DNA from: a virus
Taxonomy: Duplodnaviria; Heunggongvirae; Uroviricota; Caudoviricetes
Virus record (IMG/VR): IMGVR_UViG_3300037524_001291
Length of the DNA: 24,813 bases
Strand: one strand, 5' to 3'
The position numbers and the translations under genes are program-made. The notes beneath the pieces were generated by a model that had not been told where the DNA came from, searched no databases, and saw only the letters and a list, made by a program, of their open reading frames with translations. Positions 8,980 through 16,086 of the stretch are shown here, in pieces (position 1 is the first letter of the stretch; each line of letters begins with the position of its first letter).

Positions 8980-9960
8980 TTAATCTAGAGAAAAGTTACC
9001 ATTTAAGAAAGTATCTATTATAGAAGAGTAAGAATCCAAAGTAAAACCAAATCCACAGGCGAAAGGATGACCTCCACCATTAGGGTCTATTTGTTTTGCT
9101 ATTTTTGTAAGATCTAAGTTCTCGGCTATAAGGTGATTTGACCTTCTTAGAGAGCCTCTAGTTTCATTTAGATCAATTAGTACTACAAAAAGAAGTTCCT
9201 TATTATTTTCAAAGATGTAATCTGCTGTTTCTGATCGGTAAAGTCCTCCAAAACCTATACCATAAGAACAGTTTTGTCCTTTATATGTTATGGGTTTTAC
9301 AGTTATGTTCATATACTTCATGTAATTATTTTTAATCTTTTTAAGTGTATCTACCATAGCAGTTTCAGTATCAGTTAGTTCTATACTAGGGTCAATCAGA
9401 AACCTAGCTTTCATATTTTGAATCCCTAAAGCATTCTGTAAAGCTAAGATATTTTCTATAGAATCTCTCCAAGCTATAAAGTCCTCACTTTGTCTAGACT
9501 TAGTATCCCATAAATCAGTTACAACAACTAAAGGTTTATAAGAATCTAACATTTCCTTCATTTCAGGTGTATTAGCGAGATTATATAAGTATCTAAATAC
9601 TAACATTGTAGCACTATCACCCTCTTGAATAGAAGCCCATTCAAAATCAGTACCTTCTTCTCTTCCTCTACCAAGCATTTTTTGAGAGGTATCATGATGA
9701 TCTATTAAGATTTTTTTATTGGGTAGAGTATTTAAGATATTAGCAACATCATAAGACATACACACATCAGTTACTATAATAATGGTATCCTCGTCATACT
9801 CCCTACTATTAATATAAGCTAATATTTTTTCATCTATACTTTTTCCAGTATTACAGGTCTCAGTAGAATGACCGTACCCCAACATATTAAAATATCTACA
9901 CATCAATAAATTTGAAACTACCCCATCTAAATCCCCATGCGAAAAACATTTAATTCTCAT
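8980..9960 (-). CDS. DHH family phosphoesterase with C-terminal DHHA1 (oligoribonuclease NrnB/NrnA-like)
   Basis: Motifs HGDLDG, IIVTD, IDHH, DLWD and GGGHPFACG. Confidence 0.88.
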   Translation of the reverse strand: MRIKCFSHGDLDGVVSNLLMCRYFNMLGYGHSTETCNTGKSIDEKILAYINSREYDEDTIIIVTDVCMSYDVANILNTLPNKKILIDHHDTSQKMLGRGREEGTDFEWASIQEGDSATMLVFRYLYNLANTPEMKEMLDSYKPLVVVTDLWDTKSRQSEDFIAWRDSIENILALQNALGIQNMKARFLIDPSIELTDTETAMVDTLKKIKNNYMKYMNITVKPITYKGQNCSYGIGFGGLYRSETADYIFENNKELLFVVLIDLNETRGSLRRSNHLIAENLDLTKIAKQIDPNGGGHPFACGFGFTLDSYSSIIDTFLNGNFSLD

Positions 9961-10003
9961 TTTAAACTCCCCTTCCTAAATTACAGAATAACCCCACAGT
10001 TTA

Positions 10004-10032
10004 ATTATACCATAAACTAATAAAAAAGTCAA
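10004..10032 (-). promoter_or_regulatory. Sigma-A promoter (TTGACT-17-TATAAT)
   Basis: Minus strand reads TTGACT tttttattagtttatgg TATAAT. It shares 24 nt with the 8335 promoter. Confidence 0.8.
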
Positions 10033-10075
10033 GAATAGTAGTCCTATCTTAGTATTTTAATTTAAATATGAAAAA

Positions 10076-10099
10076 GGTAAGGATATAAGTATCCTTACC
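10076..10099 (-). terminator. Intrinsic terminator hairpin
   Basis: GGTAAGGATA-TAAG-TATCCTTACC, followed by a T-run on the minus strand. Confidence 0.75.
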
Positions 10100-10116
10100 A
10101 GAGATATTTTACAGGA

Positions 10117-10770
10117 TTAATCTTCTTGAGCTAGTTCATTTATTTGTTCATGTAGTACTTCCTCTAGCTGAGTTCTAGATATATAGCCTTTATCTATTAG
10201 TTTATCCCCTAATTTTCTTCTATATGAGGCAATACAATTGACTCTCATTTCTACTAGGGCTATTTTTATGTTATGGCTATTTTTTTGAGCTTCTATCTGT
10301 CTTTCGTAGGAATTTTTTTCATGTTCTCTAAAGGTATTGAATAGGTTATTGATAACGTCCAAGCTTTTATTTTGCATATCTTTAAACTGTCTTCCTATTT
10401 CCTCAAGTTTATCTTCTTCTCCGATTCTAAGGGTTTGAAACCTTACAAGTTCTTCTGTAAGGGTTGTAAATTTATTAGTCATTTTCTCATATACATTTTG
10501 TGAAGATACAAAAGATTTTTCTAGGGATTTTAGTTGAATAACATAAGGGTCAATACTAGCTGATACAGCTTTACCAGTAGCACTAGATGAGATTTTTAGT
10601 AATACAACTACAGCAATAATTAGTACTATAGCTATTACTAAGAAAGCATAAACAATAAAATTATCTGTTGGTGCTTCTGTAGTAGCTTTAGTTACTTGTT
10701 CACTGAACACACCTTTTACGATCTCAGTAATAGCTTTTATTTGTTCGGTAGATAGGTTATTAGAGTTCAT
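10117..10770 (-). CDS. Single-pass membrane protein with a coiled coil and a C-terminal MshEN-like motif
   Basis: TM segment FIVYAFLVIAIVLIIAVVVLL. C-terminal KLGDKLIDKGYISRTQLEEVLHEQ. The ORF track starts at 10779; RBS GGAGATGAT favours 10770. Confidence 0.75.
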   Translation of the reverse strand: MNSNNLSTEQIKAITEIVKGVFSEQVTKATTEAPTDNFIVYAFLVIAIVLIIAVVVLLKISSSATGKAVSASIDPYVIQLKSLEKSFVSSQNVYEKMTNKFTTLTEELVRFQTLRIGEEDKLEEIGRQFKDMQNKSLDVINNLFNTFREHEKNSYERQIEAQKNSHNIKIALVEMRVNCIASYRRKLGDKLIDKGYISRTQLEEVLHEQINELAQED

Positions 10771-10775
10771 GTGAA

Positions 10776-11042
10776 TCATCTCCTTATTTTAGTATTTGAA
10801 AATTTTGATAGTTTTTGTAGAGTATAATTAAGTTCTTTAGATAAGACAAGCAATTCCCAAAGAAGGAAAAAGGATGTTAAGAAAGTTAGGGATATTCCAG
10901 AGAAAAATATAAGAGTTTCAAAGAGATTGTGAGGGTAGAGTTCTGTACCTAAAATAAGTGAGAGTAGTATAGGAATTAATACGCAAATAGTAACATATAT
11001 TATAATTCTTAAAGATCTGTTTGAGTGTATAAAAAGTTTCAT
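10776..11042 (-). CDS. Small two-TM membrane protein
   Basis: Two hydrophobic segments and a basic C-terminus; RBS AGGAG. Confidence 0.7.
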   Translation of the reverse strand: MKLFIHSNRSLRIIIYVTICVLIPILLSLILGTELYPHNLFETLIFFSGISLTFLTSFFLLWELLVLSKELNYTLQKLSKFSNTKIRR

Positions 11043-11054
11043 AATAGGGTTCTC

Positions 11055-11426
11055 CTAATCCAAGGTAGTATTTTCTCTTTCTATTTTTCGAGAGCAGTAC
11101 ATGTAGAGTCTATTTATATCTGTATCTAGTTTAGATAAGGTATTTTTATTACTGTTTTCTAGTTTTTCCATTCTATCTGAAATATGTTTAAGAGCTGATG
11201 TAACAAGTTCTTTTTGACCTTCTCCTCTCTTAAAGATATCTTTTTCGTAGTTATCTAGTTTAGAGATAAGAGATTTTAGTTCAAGGGTAATATCAGAATA
11301 TGAGGTCATTATGTTTGTAATAGTTTCTGTTTGTTTCTTCATATTTTTTATAATAACAAAAGATAGTAAAGATAAACAAATAACTATGAAGCCGTAGAGC
11401 AAAGCTAGAAATAGTGGTATTGTCAT
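11055..11426 (-). CDS. N-terminal TM plus coiled-coil protein (holin-like architecture possible)
   Basis: RBS GGAGGTG. Hydrophobic residues 3-27, then a heptad-like helical region. Confidence 0.7.
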   Translation of the reverse strand: MTIPLFLALLYGFIVICLSLLSFVIIKNMKKQTETITNIMTSYSDITLELKSLISKLDNYEKDIFKRGEGQKELVTSALKHISDRMEKLENSNKNTLSKLDTDINRLYMYCSRKIERENTTLD

Positions 11427-11452
11427 AAAATCACCTCCAACCTACAGATAAA

Positions 11453-11935
11453 TTAAAAAGAGTCTTCTAAGACATCTTCATGTAAAAATGAGTATAATTT
11501 ATAATCTACAAAACTCTCTATTTTATCTAAATCATCAGTTACAAACTTAAAAATCATATTTTTTTGTTCAGTATCACATATAATATCTTTGACTTTATTT
11601 TGTAGAGATAATGCCATAGGTTCTATCCAATCATCACAAAAGAGGTAAAGATATTTTTGTAGGTAGTGAATTAACTCATGAGCGATACTTACCCATTGTT
11701 TAGTATTATATGAAAGTTCTATAAAAAGAATATTAGGGTTATTACTTATAATATCTATATCTTCTGAATAATCTTCAAAAACAATGTATAGAAGTCTTTC
11801 TATATCTTCTATGGATAGAGTTTTCTCAATAGTTCTATAAAAATTCATAAGCTCTATAACATCTTTAAGAGCTTTCTTACTTATAATCATCTTGTATAGT
11901 GCTTTATTTCTAGTATATTCAAAGGATACATCCAT
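11453..11935 (-). CDS. Hypothetical protein with an HExxH zinc-metallopeptidase-like motif
   Basis: SIAHELIHYLQ with a downstream E (WIEPMA). The ORF track starts at 11944. Confidence 0.6.
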   Translation of the reverse strand: MDVSFEYTRNKALYKMIISKKALKDVIELMNFYRTIEKTLSIEDIERLLYIVFEDYSEDIDIISNNPNILFIELSYNTKQWVSIAHELIHYLQKYLYLFCDDWIEPMALSLQNKVKDIICDTEQKNMIFKFVTDDLDKIESFVDYKLYSFLHEDVLEDSF

Positions 11936-11967
11936 TGTTACCATCCCCTTTATATTTTGTATATAAA

Positions 11968-11999
11968 AAAGTCTAACCTTTTATTAGGGTTAGACTTTT
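11968..11999 (-). terminator. Intrinsic terminator hairpin
   Basis: AAAGTCTAACC...GGTTAGACTTTT, downstream of the three tagged genes. Confidence 0.75.
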
Positions 12000-12025
12000 A
12001 GGGTATTTATTAAGATAAAAGTAAG

Positions 12026-12766
12026 TTATAATAAGTCTTTAACTCTAGCTTTTAAATCTGATAAAGGGGCTACTTCTTTTCTTACTTTGCCATCTAATTT
12101 TGTATCTCCAAAGATTTTTTTATCTCCATCTACCAAAGCTTCTCCACATACCTGAGCATTTTCAAATATCCTAGCTTTTCCAGAGACTTCAGCATTTCCA
12201 TATACCTTGGCGTTATCATATACCTGAGCATTTCCATATACCCAAGCATTTCCATATACCCAAGCTTCTCCATATACCTGAGCATATTCATATACTTTAG
12301 CATTTCCAAATACCTGAGCTTTTCCATATATTTTAGTACTGTCATATACCCAAGCTTCTCCATATACTCTAGCATTTCCAAATACCTCAGCATTTCCAAA
12401 TACCTCAGCTTCTCCAGCTATCCAAGCTTCCCCATATACTTGAGCTTCTCCATATACCTCAGCATCCTCAAATACCTCAACAGTTCCAGATACTTTAGCT
12501 TTTCCATATACTTTAGCATTTCCAGCTACTATTACACTTCCATCCACTCGAGCATTTTCAGCTATAACAGCATTATCAAGCACTCTAGCTTTTCCACCTA
12601 CCCAACAGGTAAGAAGATGAGATAGGTTATCTTCTTTTTCTATATACCCCCCAAGTTCCCCCTTTTTTACAAACTTAAAAGACCTTAGAGCTTTTATTCT
12701 TGTTAGGGTTATTCCATTTACTTCAATTGTATCATCTTTTACAAACTCATATTTTTTATTAGTCAT
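12026..12766 (-). CDS. Hexapeptide-repeat (left-handed beta-helix) phage protein with the shared C-terminal tag
   Basis: N-terminal RIKALRSF..VKKGELGGYIEKEDNLS..CWV followed by many [GE]NA[EKQW]V[YF] hexads. Ends RKEVAPLSDLKARVKDLL. The ORF track starts at 12778; RBS GGAGTGAT favours 12766. Confidence 0.85.
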   Translation of the reverse strand: MTNKKYEFVKDDTIEVNGITLTRIKALRSFKFVKKGELGGYIEKEDNLSHLLTCWVGGKARVLDNAVIAENARVDGSVIVAGNAKVYGKAKVSGTVEVFEDAEVYGEAQVYGEAWIAGEAEVFGNAEVFGNARVYGEAWVYDSTKIYGKAQVFGNAKVYEYAQVYGEAWVYGNAWVYGNAQVYDNAKVYGNAEVSGKARIFENAQVCGEALVDGDKKIFGDTKLDGKVRKEVAPLSDLKARVKDLL

Positions 12767-12782
12767 TAGATTAATCACTCCT

Positions 12783-13214
12783 CTATAATAGGTCTTTGAC
12801 TCTATCTTTTAAATCAGATAGAGGTGCTACTTCTCTCCTTTTAAGGAGTTCGTTGTAATCAACAATTTTACCATCATCAATAATTGCTAATATTTTTTCC
12901 TTTCCAATCTGATAACCACTAGCAGTAACTAATCTAGTGGGGGTTTCTCTTTTAAAAATATACTCATCCATACTTACAATCTTAACCCAATCAGGCCACT
13001 TAGATGAGCCTAGATTTCTAGGCTCATATGAGGCTACATTATATTTCCTATTCAATTCTAGTTTTGTCTTCCGAGTTACTCTAGAGAGAAAATCAGTAAG
13101 TCTACCATAAGGAGCTTCATCTCTTTTACGTACATGTCCTTTAGGTATATCATCTACATTTGTATTTGCTTTATACTCACTCTCACTTATTACTTTATAA
13201 ATTAAATCATCCAT
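12783..13214 (-). CDS. Hypothetical protein with the shared C-terminal tag
   Basis: RBS AGGAGTGAT. Ends RREVAPLSDLKDRVKDLL. Confidence 0.75.
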   Translation of the reverse strand: MDDLIYKVISESEYKANTNVDDIPKGHVRKRDEAPYGRLTDFLSRVTRKTKLELNRKYNVASYEPRNLGSSKWPDWVKIVSMDEYIFKRETPTRLVTASGYQIGKEKILAIIDDGKIVDYNELLKRREVAPLSDLKDRVKDLL

Positions 13215-13231
13215 ATAGATTAATCACTCCT

Positions 13232-13573
13232 TTATAATAGGTCTTTTACTCTATTTTTTAAATCAGAGAGAGGTGCTACTTCTCTTCTCTCAGTATTTTT
13301 AATAGGGGAAACTTGTTTTCTTGTTACTCCTCTGGTGATATCATTAATTTCATCAGGAGTAAACCCATTTCTTTTTAAGGCTTGTATGAAAGGGTCTATC
13401 ATATCACTACCATAAGCTTGACCTCCCCAAACTTCTATAACAGCTTTTGTTCTTCTAACAAGTTTAACCATATCTTTTATAACTAGAGCCATCTTAGAAG
13501 CATCAGAGGATTTCTTCAAGTTTCTAGCTCTCATATAATCTTTATCTTCGGGTTCAATATAATTAACATTCAT
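13232..13573 (-). CDS. Hypothetical protein with the shared C-terminal tag
   Basis: Ends RREVAPLSDLKNRVKDLL. The ORF track starts at 13582; ATG 13573 is likely. Confidence 0.75.
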   Translation of the reverse strand: MNVNYIEPEDKDYMRARNLKKSSDASKMALVIKDMVKLVRRTKAVIEVWGGQAYGSDMIDPFIQALKRNGFTPDEINDITRGVTRKQVSPIKNTERREVAPLSDLKNRVKDLL

Positions 13574-13588
13574 AAATATCACTACTCC

Positions 13589-14323
13589 TCATATAATATT
13601 ATTTTCTTCGGCTTTATCTAACCATAAAGGAAATTCTTTTAATAGGGCATCATAGAGGTCTTCTTCTGACATAGAATCTATATTAGATATCTCAAAAAAA
13701 TTTACATTGTCAATAAATCTACCAGAAAGGTTATCTAATTTACTGAGGAAATTAAATTCATTTCCCCAAGTCCCCACAAACTGGAAGAAGTTTTCTGTTT
13801 TCGAGCTATCTATTATTGCTTTTTCAGACTCCCATCTATCGGTATTATCTCCATCGGTAATAAAGATATTAAATACAGGTAATTTCTTATTTATATCAGT
13901 TTTTACTTTAAAGCCTAAAAGTCTTTTAATTTTTACAAAGAGTTTATACCAAAAGGTTTTTTGAGGGTCAAATTTTATAGAGTTAATTACGGGAGCATAG
14001 TAAGTTCCTCCACCAATAAGAGATTTTGATGTTATAAATTTATGTACATAACCCTCAAAGTTATTTATATCTAGGTCATTTAATTTAAAGTATTTATCTG
14101 AGAATACCCACATCCCTAAAACCCCATTAGGAGTAAGTTTAGATGCTATAGGAAAGATTTTTTCAACAATACTCTGAACTTTCCCAGAAGAATAAGCACC
14201 ACACATAGAACCCGAAATATCCAAGACAAGATTTACCTTACAGATTATTTCTCTTTGTGTTATCTTTTTTAGACTTACTGTAACTTTTGCTTCTCTTTCT
14301 TTTAACAGATTTACTTTTGACAT
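13589..14323 (-). CDS. vWA domain protein (TerF C-terminal / Ter stress-response type)
   Basis: MIDAS LVLDISGSM, GGTYYAPVI, FITDG, FFQFVG, LDNLSGRFIDNVNFF and LYDALLKEFPLWL. Confidence 0.88.
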   Translation of the reverse strand: MSKVNLLKEREAKVTVSLKKITQREIICKVNLVLDISGSMCGAYSSGKVQSIVEKIFPIASKLTPNGVLGMWVFSDKYFKLNDLDINNFEGYVHKFITSKSLIGGGTYYAPVINSIKFDPQKTFWYKLFVKIKRLLGFKVKTDINKKLPVFNIFITDGDNTDRWESEKAIIDSSKTENFFQFVGTWGNEFNFLSKLDNLSGRFIDNVNFFEISNIDSMSEEDLYDALLKEFPLWLDKAEENNII

Positions 14324-14420
14324 TGTACACTTCCTCTATCTTAGTATTTTAAAGTTATATATAAAAAATCCCCTAAAAAGTTCTAGTGGGATCTATTTTA
14401 TAGATTTTAAGTTATTAGAC

Positions 14421-14445
14421 TGACCCTAAGTATTATTTAGGGTCA
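14421..14445 (-). terminator. Hairpin downstream of 14454-14741
   Basis: TGACCCTAA...TTAGGGTCA inverted repeat; the T-tail is weak. Confidence 0.55.
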
Positions 14446-14453
14446 GGTAATAC

Positions 14454-14741
14454 CTACAATACTATTACATCTTTGTAATTTGCATATAAGTATTTATAAT
14501 CAGAATCAATGTCTTCATTAGCAAAAGAGTATTTCGCTACAATATTACCTTTTTCTTTTATGGTAGGGTCTTCATTAAGTTCCTTCATAACATCATCATT
14601 ATTTCGATTATTATAGTAATAGATAGGGTCTGTCACAAAACTAGAAAAAACATACTCTACCATAGTTGTATGTACCTTCAATTTTCCATCTCCATTACCT
14701 AAAGCTACCTTAGTACCACTCGTAATAATAAAAAGTTTCAT
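14454..14741 (-). CDS. Hypothetical protein
   Basis: The ORF track starts at 14753; ATG 14741 follows RBS GAGAGGA. It has its own sigma-A promoter. Confidence 0.65.
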   Translation of the reverse strand: MKLFIITSGTKVALGNGDGKLKVHTTMVEYVFSSFVTDPIYYYNNRNNDDVMKELNEDPTIKEKGNIVAKYSFANEDIDSDYKYLYANYKDVIVL

Positions 14742-14795
14742 AATGTAACACATCCTCTCTCAATTAACTTTCCCCCATACTTCCCCTACTATTTA

Positions 14796-14824
14796 AGTAT
14801 ACCATAATTAAATATAAAAGTCAA
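14796..14824 (-). promoter_or_regulatory. Sigma-A promoter (TTGACT-17-TATACT)
   Basis: Minus strand reads TTGACT tttatatttaattatgg TATACT. Confidence 0.75.
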
Positions 14825-14846
14825 GATAATAAAACAGCCTCACTAT

Positions 14847-15074
14847 TTAGACTTTTTCTATCTCATTATACTTAATTAAGGTTTCTAATTCTTTGGCATT
14901 AATACACAAAGAAGATATATCAGGTATAATCTGTCCTGTTTTAGGATGTAGTTGAGCGAGTTCGTAGGTTCTGTTATGTATATCATATTTTATGACTTTC
15001 CAGAAGGATTTTTTCATCATTTTTCCTTTGATAGGGTTCTTGTTATAAAGTATATCTCCAAAACTAATGGTCAT
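14847..15074 (-). CDS. Small hypothetical protein, a stand-alone copy of the K.SFWKV..L....KTG beta domain
   Basis: RBS GGAGG. KKSFWKVIKY...YELAQLHPKTGQ resembles domains in the 2550, 3873 and 22966 ORFs. Confidence 0.65.
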   Translation of the reverse strand: MTISFGDILYNKNPIKGKMMKKSFWKVIKYDIHNRTYELAQLHPKTGQIIPDISSLCINAKELETLIKYNEIEKV

Positions 15075-15097
15075 GGTATAGCCTCCATTAAATAGAG

Positions 15098-15124
15098 AAT
15101 GATAGTACTTTCTGTACTATCATT
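15098..15124 (-). terminator. Hairpin right after the micropeptide gene
   Basis: AATGATAGTAC-TTTCT-GTACTATCATT, a perfect 11-bp stem. Confidence 0.6.
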
Positions 15125-15134
15125 GCTTTTTGTA

Positions 15135-15182
15135 CTATTTTCCTCCACCTTTTCCACCTTTTTTTCCACCTTTACATGGCAT
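15135..15182 (-). CDS. 15-aa Gly/Lys micropeptide MPCKGGKKGGKGGGK
   Basis: Runs from ATG 15182 to TAG 15135, with RBS AAGGTAGGTGAG, an upstream TTATATA motif and a downstream hairpin. Too short for the ORF track. Confidence 0.6.
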   Translation of the reverse strand: MPCKGGKKGGKGGGK

Positions 15183-15231
15183 AAAGCTCACCTACCTTTC
15201 TTTTATTATATATAAAAGAAATTCAGAGTGC

Positions 15232-15705
15232 TTATTTATCTTTCAGAACAGTATCTATAGCTCTTATAACCTCTGTGAACTTAGATATGTTTGAATATTT
15301 TCTTCTAAAATTTTCTAGTTCCTTTAAAGCTTGTAAAAGTATTTGTTCATTATAGTAATCATTAGATATTGCTAAGGATATAGATACATATCTACGTGAA
15401 TTTGGCTCTATATCTCTTATACTAACAAAGGCTCTTACAGGCTCTACCTCAGTATTATTACTATCTCCCACACTTACTACCACAATGTTTCTTATCATTT
15501 GTTGAGCTTGTGTTATTCTATGTTTTTCAGCGGCTACAACATCATCCCACTCAAAACATTTATGTAGAGGAGCTTCAACATCCCTAGACTCATCCACCAC
15601 AGTCTTAGGGTTTATTTCTCCTGTTCGTTTCTCTATATCTGTTAGTACTTCTCCAACTACCTGAGCATCTGCTGGAAAGGTTTTTACTCTCCATTGAAAT
15701 ACCAC
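15232..15705 (-). CDS. Conserved phage protein (LH..FEWDD..AA...R..QA..I family), putative accessory of the RAMP/array locus
   Basis: GTG start after RBS GGGAGATGAT. Motifs PLHKCFEWDDVVAAEKHRITQAQQMIR and ALKELENFRRKY. Lies directly downstream of the array. Confidence 0.8.
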   Translation of the reverse strand: MVFQWRVKTFPADAQVVGEVLTDIEKRTGEINPKTVVDESRDVEAPLHKCFEWDDVVAAEKHRITQAQQMIRNIVVVSVGDSNNTEVEPVRAFVSIRDIEPNSRRYVSISLAISNDYYNEQILLQALKELENFRRKYSNISKFTEVIRAIDTVLKDK

Positions 15706-15723
15706 TAAATATCATCTCCCTTC

Positions 15724-16069
15724 TGAGTTGGTTATCCATACTAACCAACTCAAACCATGACTGCCATAACAAAACGCACCTTAACCCACAAGACCATGAC
15801 TGCCATACATCAACTTGCCAAAACAAAACCAACATCAACGAACCTCGACTTAACACACCTCGACTGCCTTACACCAACTTACACAGACTCAACATACATC
15901 ACAGGAACCTAACGTAACTTACCTTGACTTACCACGACTGCCACAACACATCAAAACATAACACACCAAAACCCACCCAAACCTACCAAGACTGCCTTAA
16001 CTTACCTAAACTTACCAAACCAGAACTATCCTCAACCTACCATGTACAAGAGTGTTTATACAAACACTC
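15724..16069 (-). ncRNA. Putative guide-RNA array of KKY-NN pentamers with GGCAGTC delimiters (VIPR-RNA-like), capped by hairpins
   Basis: 52 in-register 5-nt units in five segments (9, 10, 14, 12, 7). GACTGCC occurs on the + strand at 15759, 15798, 15862, 15936 and 15990, with spacings 39, 64, 74 and 54 (all 5n+4). 5' hairpin at 16050-16069 and 3' hairpin at 15724-15752. Confidence 0.8.
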
Positions 16070-16086
16070 GGTATCTTATTAGGGTA

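Noticed and set aside
12130-12399. 89-aa alternative-frame ORF (MEMLRY repeats)
   Set aside because: It is a frame shadow of the 18-bp periodic hexapeptide-repeat gene.
10044-14352. 17-bp intergenic match CTATCTTAGTATTTTAA at 10044 and 14336
   Set aside because: There are only two AT-rich copies in different contexts, which is insufficient to assign a function.
15605-15856. 83-aa minus-strand ORF over the pentamer array
   Set aside because: It has no RBS, overlaps the FEWDD gene out of frame, and its W/V/L/S composition comes from the 5-nt periodic repeat.
15724-16069. Array as a canonical CRISPR or a simple microsatellite
   Set aside because: The only exact repeat is 7 nt (GGCAGTC), and the intervening segments are themselves 5-periodic rather than unique spacers. 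Variation is confined to two positions per unit, unlike slippage repeats.
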